From a virus (taxonomy: Duplodnaviria > Heunggongvirae > Uroviricota > Caudoviricetes), in the IMG/VR virus record IMGVR_UViG_2582580933_000008, positions 1-6,969 of that record: a stretch of DNA of 6,969 nt; one strand, 5' to 3'. The notes under the pieces are model-generated. The model was not told the origin of the DNA and searched no databases. It saw only the letters and a list, made by a program, of their open reading frames with translations. Positions within the stretch are counted from its first letter, which is position 1, and each line of letters opens with the position of its first letter. Below are positions 6,169-6,969 of the stretch, piece after piece. A program made the position numbers and the translations under genes.

Positions 6169-6612
6169 TTAGTTAATCCGAGTTGCAAAGTACTCTGCCA
6201 TCTCCTTAGAGCTAATTTCAGAACCACCAACACCCTCAATATAGTTTGATCTCCATGGTGACTCTTCGTGTGTCATGTTCCTCAGTTTCCAGGCAGAAAA
6301 TTGCCCAAAAACATCCCAGACTTCTTCTAATAGCTCTAACTGTTCTTCGCTGAATTTTTCAGCATCAAAAGACTCTGGAGAAGGGATAGCGCCATTACCA
6401 TATTGTTTATAACGGCGATAAAGCTCAGGGACAACAGGGCCATGCATCCAAGCTTCCATCTTATTCTGAAAAAGAGGCTCGCCAAGCAACGCCAATGAAA
6501 AACCCTGAGCATAGTAAACAAGCTTTTGTAATTTTAAATTAGAGATTGTGTCACCGCTATCCTCGTCACACCGCGACAGGAAGTAGTCGGCGACATCAAA
6601 ACAAGTAAGCAT
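6169..6612 (-). CDS. Panacea (DUF4065)-domain protein, SocA/PanA-like putative antitoxin
   Basis: Translation ...SNLKLQKLVYYAQGFSLALLGEPLFQNKMEAWMHGPVVPELYRRYKQYG...FSAWKLRNMTHEESPWRSNY matches the DUF4065/Panacea consensus as I know it (LQKLlYya.g..l...g.plf...feAw.yGPV.pelY ... H.e.pW). Preferred start is ATG 6612..6610 with GGAGG (plus 6620..6624) 7 nt upstream; the GTG at 6618 in the ORF track is too close to that SD. This gives 147 aa. Confidence 0.8.
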   Translation of the reverse strand: MLTCFDVADYFLSRCDEDSGDTISNLKLQKLVYYAQGFSLALLGEPLFQNKMEAWMHGPVVPELYRRYKQYGNGAIPSPESFDAEKFSEEQLELLEEVWDVFGQFSAWKLRNMTHEESPWRSNYIEGVGGSEISSKEMAEYFATRIN

Positions 6613-6700
6613 GAACACACCTCCATCTTGATAGCCACAGCTAAGTATCCAACTATGTCAAATGTCATTTAATACTATAACAAAGCTATCAGCAATCCTT
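6613..6700 (-). promoter_or_regulatory. Leader of the PanA-like operon: strong SD plus candidate promoter/operator elements
   Basis: GGAGG SD at 6620..6624. On the minus strand a consensus -35 hexamer TTGACA (plus 6661..6656) lies within a tandem TGACAT-t-TGACAT repeat (plus 6655..6668 atgtcaaatgtcat). I could not pair it with a convincing -10 at 16-18 bp; TATAGT/TAGTAT-like hexamers lie further upstream around plus 6675..6685. The exact promoter is unresolved. Confidence 0.3.
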
Positions 6701-6822
6701 CGGAGGCTAACTTACAACCACTTTAGCGACATGTTTAAACCATTACGTTTCACATTTACTGCATTTTCGCCGAAGTTACCTATAAGGTAATGTCACATTT
6801 CCTGCAAGTTTCATGCAATGTT

Positions 6823-6845
6823 GAAAAGTGAGCTATTCACTTTTC
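6823..6845. repeat. Perfect 9-bp inverted repeat with 5-nt spacer (GAAAAGTGA-gctat-TCACTTTTC)
   Basis: Read directly: 6823..6831 gaaaagtga, 6832..6836 gctat, 6837..6845 tcacttttc. It is not followed by a U-tract on either strand, so it is more likely a protein-binding palindrome than a terminator. Confidence 0.3.
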
Positions 6846-6913
6846 TATGACACCAAACACCAAAAATAGCACTTTTTGCTAAATCATTCGTCCAAGTTGT
6901 GGATGGTTTGTCG

Positions 6914-6969
6914 TTGACACGTTTTCACACACCATTATCAGTCTTGCAAAAGATAAGACTCCATTATCA
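6914..6969. promoter_or_regulatory. Operator-like repeat cluster at the window edge: TTGACA, then CCATTATCA direct repeats flanking a 6-bp inverted repeat
   Basis: Read directly: TTGACA at 6914..6919; CCATTATCA at 6932..6940 and again at 6961..6969; between them AGTCTT (6940..6945) - gcaaaagat - AAGACT (6955..6960). The arrangement DR-IR-N9-IR-DR is symmetric and reaches the last base of the window, so it may continue beyond it. Confidence 0.3.

Noticed and set aside
6165-6239. Extension of the partner gene to TTG 6239 (164-aa form)
   Set aside because: Would overlap the Panacea gene by 71 nt with no nearby SD; ATG 6164 sits 4 nt after the PanA-like stop, the classic coupled arrangement. Not fully excluded.
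6336-6521. 61-aa minus-strand ORF inside the Panacea gene
   Set aside because: Alternative frame of a gene with a strong domain signature in its main frame.
6823-6845. Palindrome considered as an intrinsic terminator
   Set aside because: No U-tract follows the stem on either strand and the stem is AT-rich; kept only as a possible binding site.
1-6969. Searched by eye for tRNA, rRNA, CRISPR arrays, integrase or transposase genes and diversity-generating retroelement components
   Set aside because: No tRNA-like conserved arms, no regularly spaced repeats, and no ORF with recombinase or reverse-transcriptase motifs are present in this window.

Overview
This 6,969-bp window is AT-rich (about 40-42% GC by hand count of sampled lines) and every gene I can support lies on the minus strand, reading from high to low coordinates. 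It contains two units. (1) At 6612..5745 there is a compact two-gene cassette: a Panacea/DUF4065-domain protein (the domain of SocA/PanA-type antitoxins) followed 4 nt later by a 139-aa basic protein I cannot place in a family. The cassette ends in a strong intrinsic terminator hairpin (5720..5743). (2) Directly after that terminator, an eight-gene translationally coupled operon (5701..1) encodes a contractile-phage baseplate module: two proteins of unknown role (271 aa, 100 aa), a gpD/gp27-like hub, a gpV-like spike, a small gp25/gpW-position protein, a baseplate J-like protein, a gpI/gp48-like protein, and the N-terminal 264 codons of a tail fibre with a tail-collar-type domain that runs off the window. 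The most interesting candidate is the Panacea-domain pair with an unrecognised partner, sitting at the 5' boundary of a baseplate operon that has no tape-measure, tube or sheath genes upstream within the window. All plus-strand ORFs in the track look like antisense artefacts. All family assignments are from reading translated motifs by eye; no database search was run.
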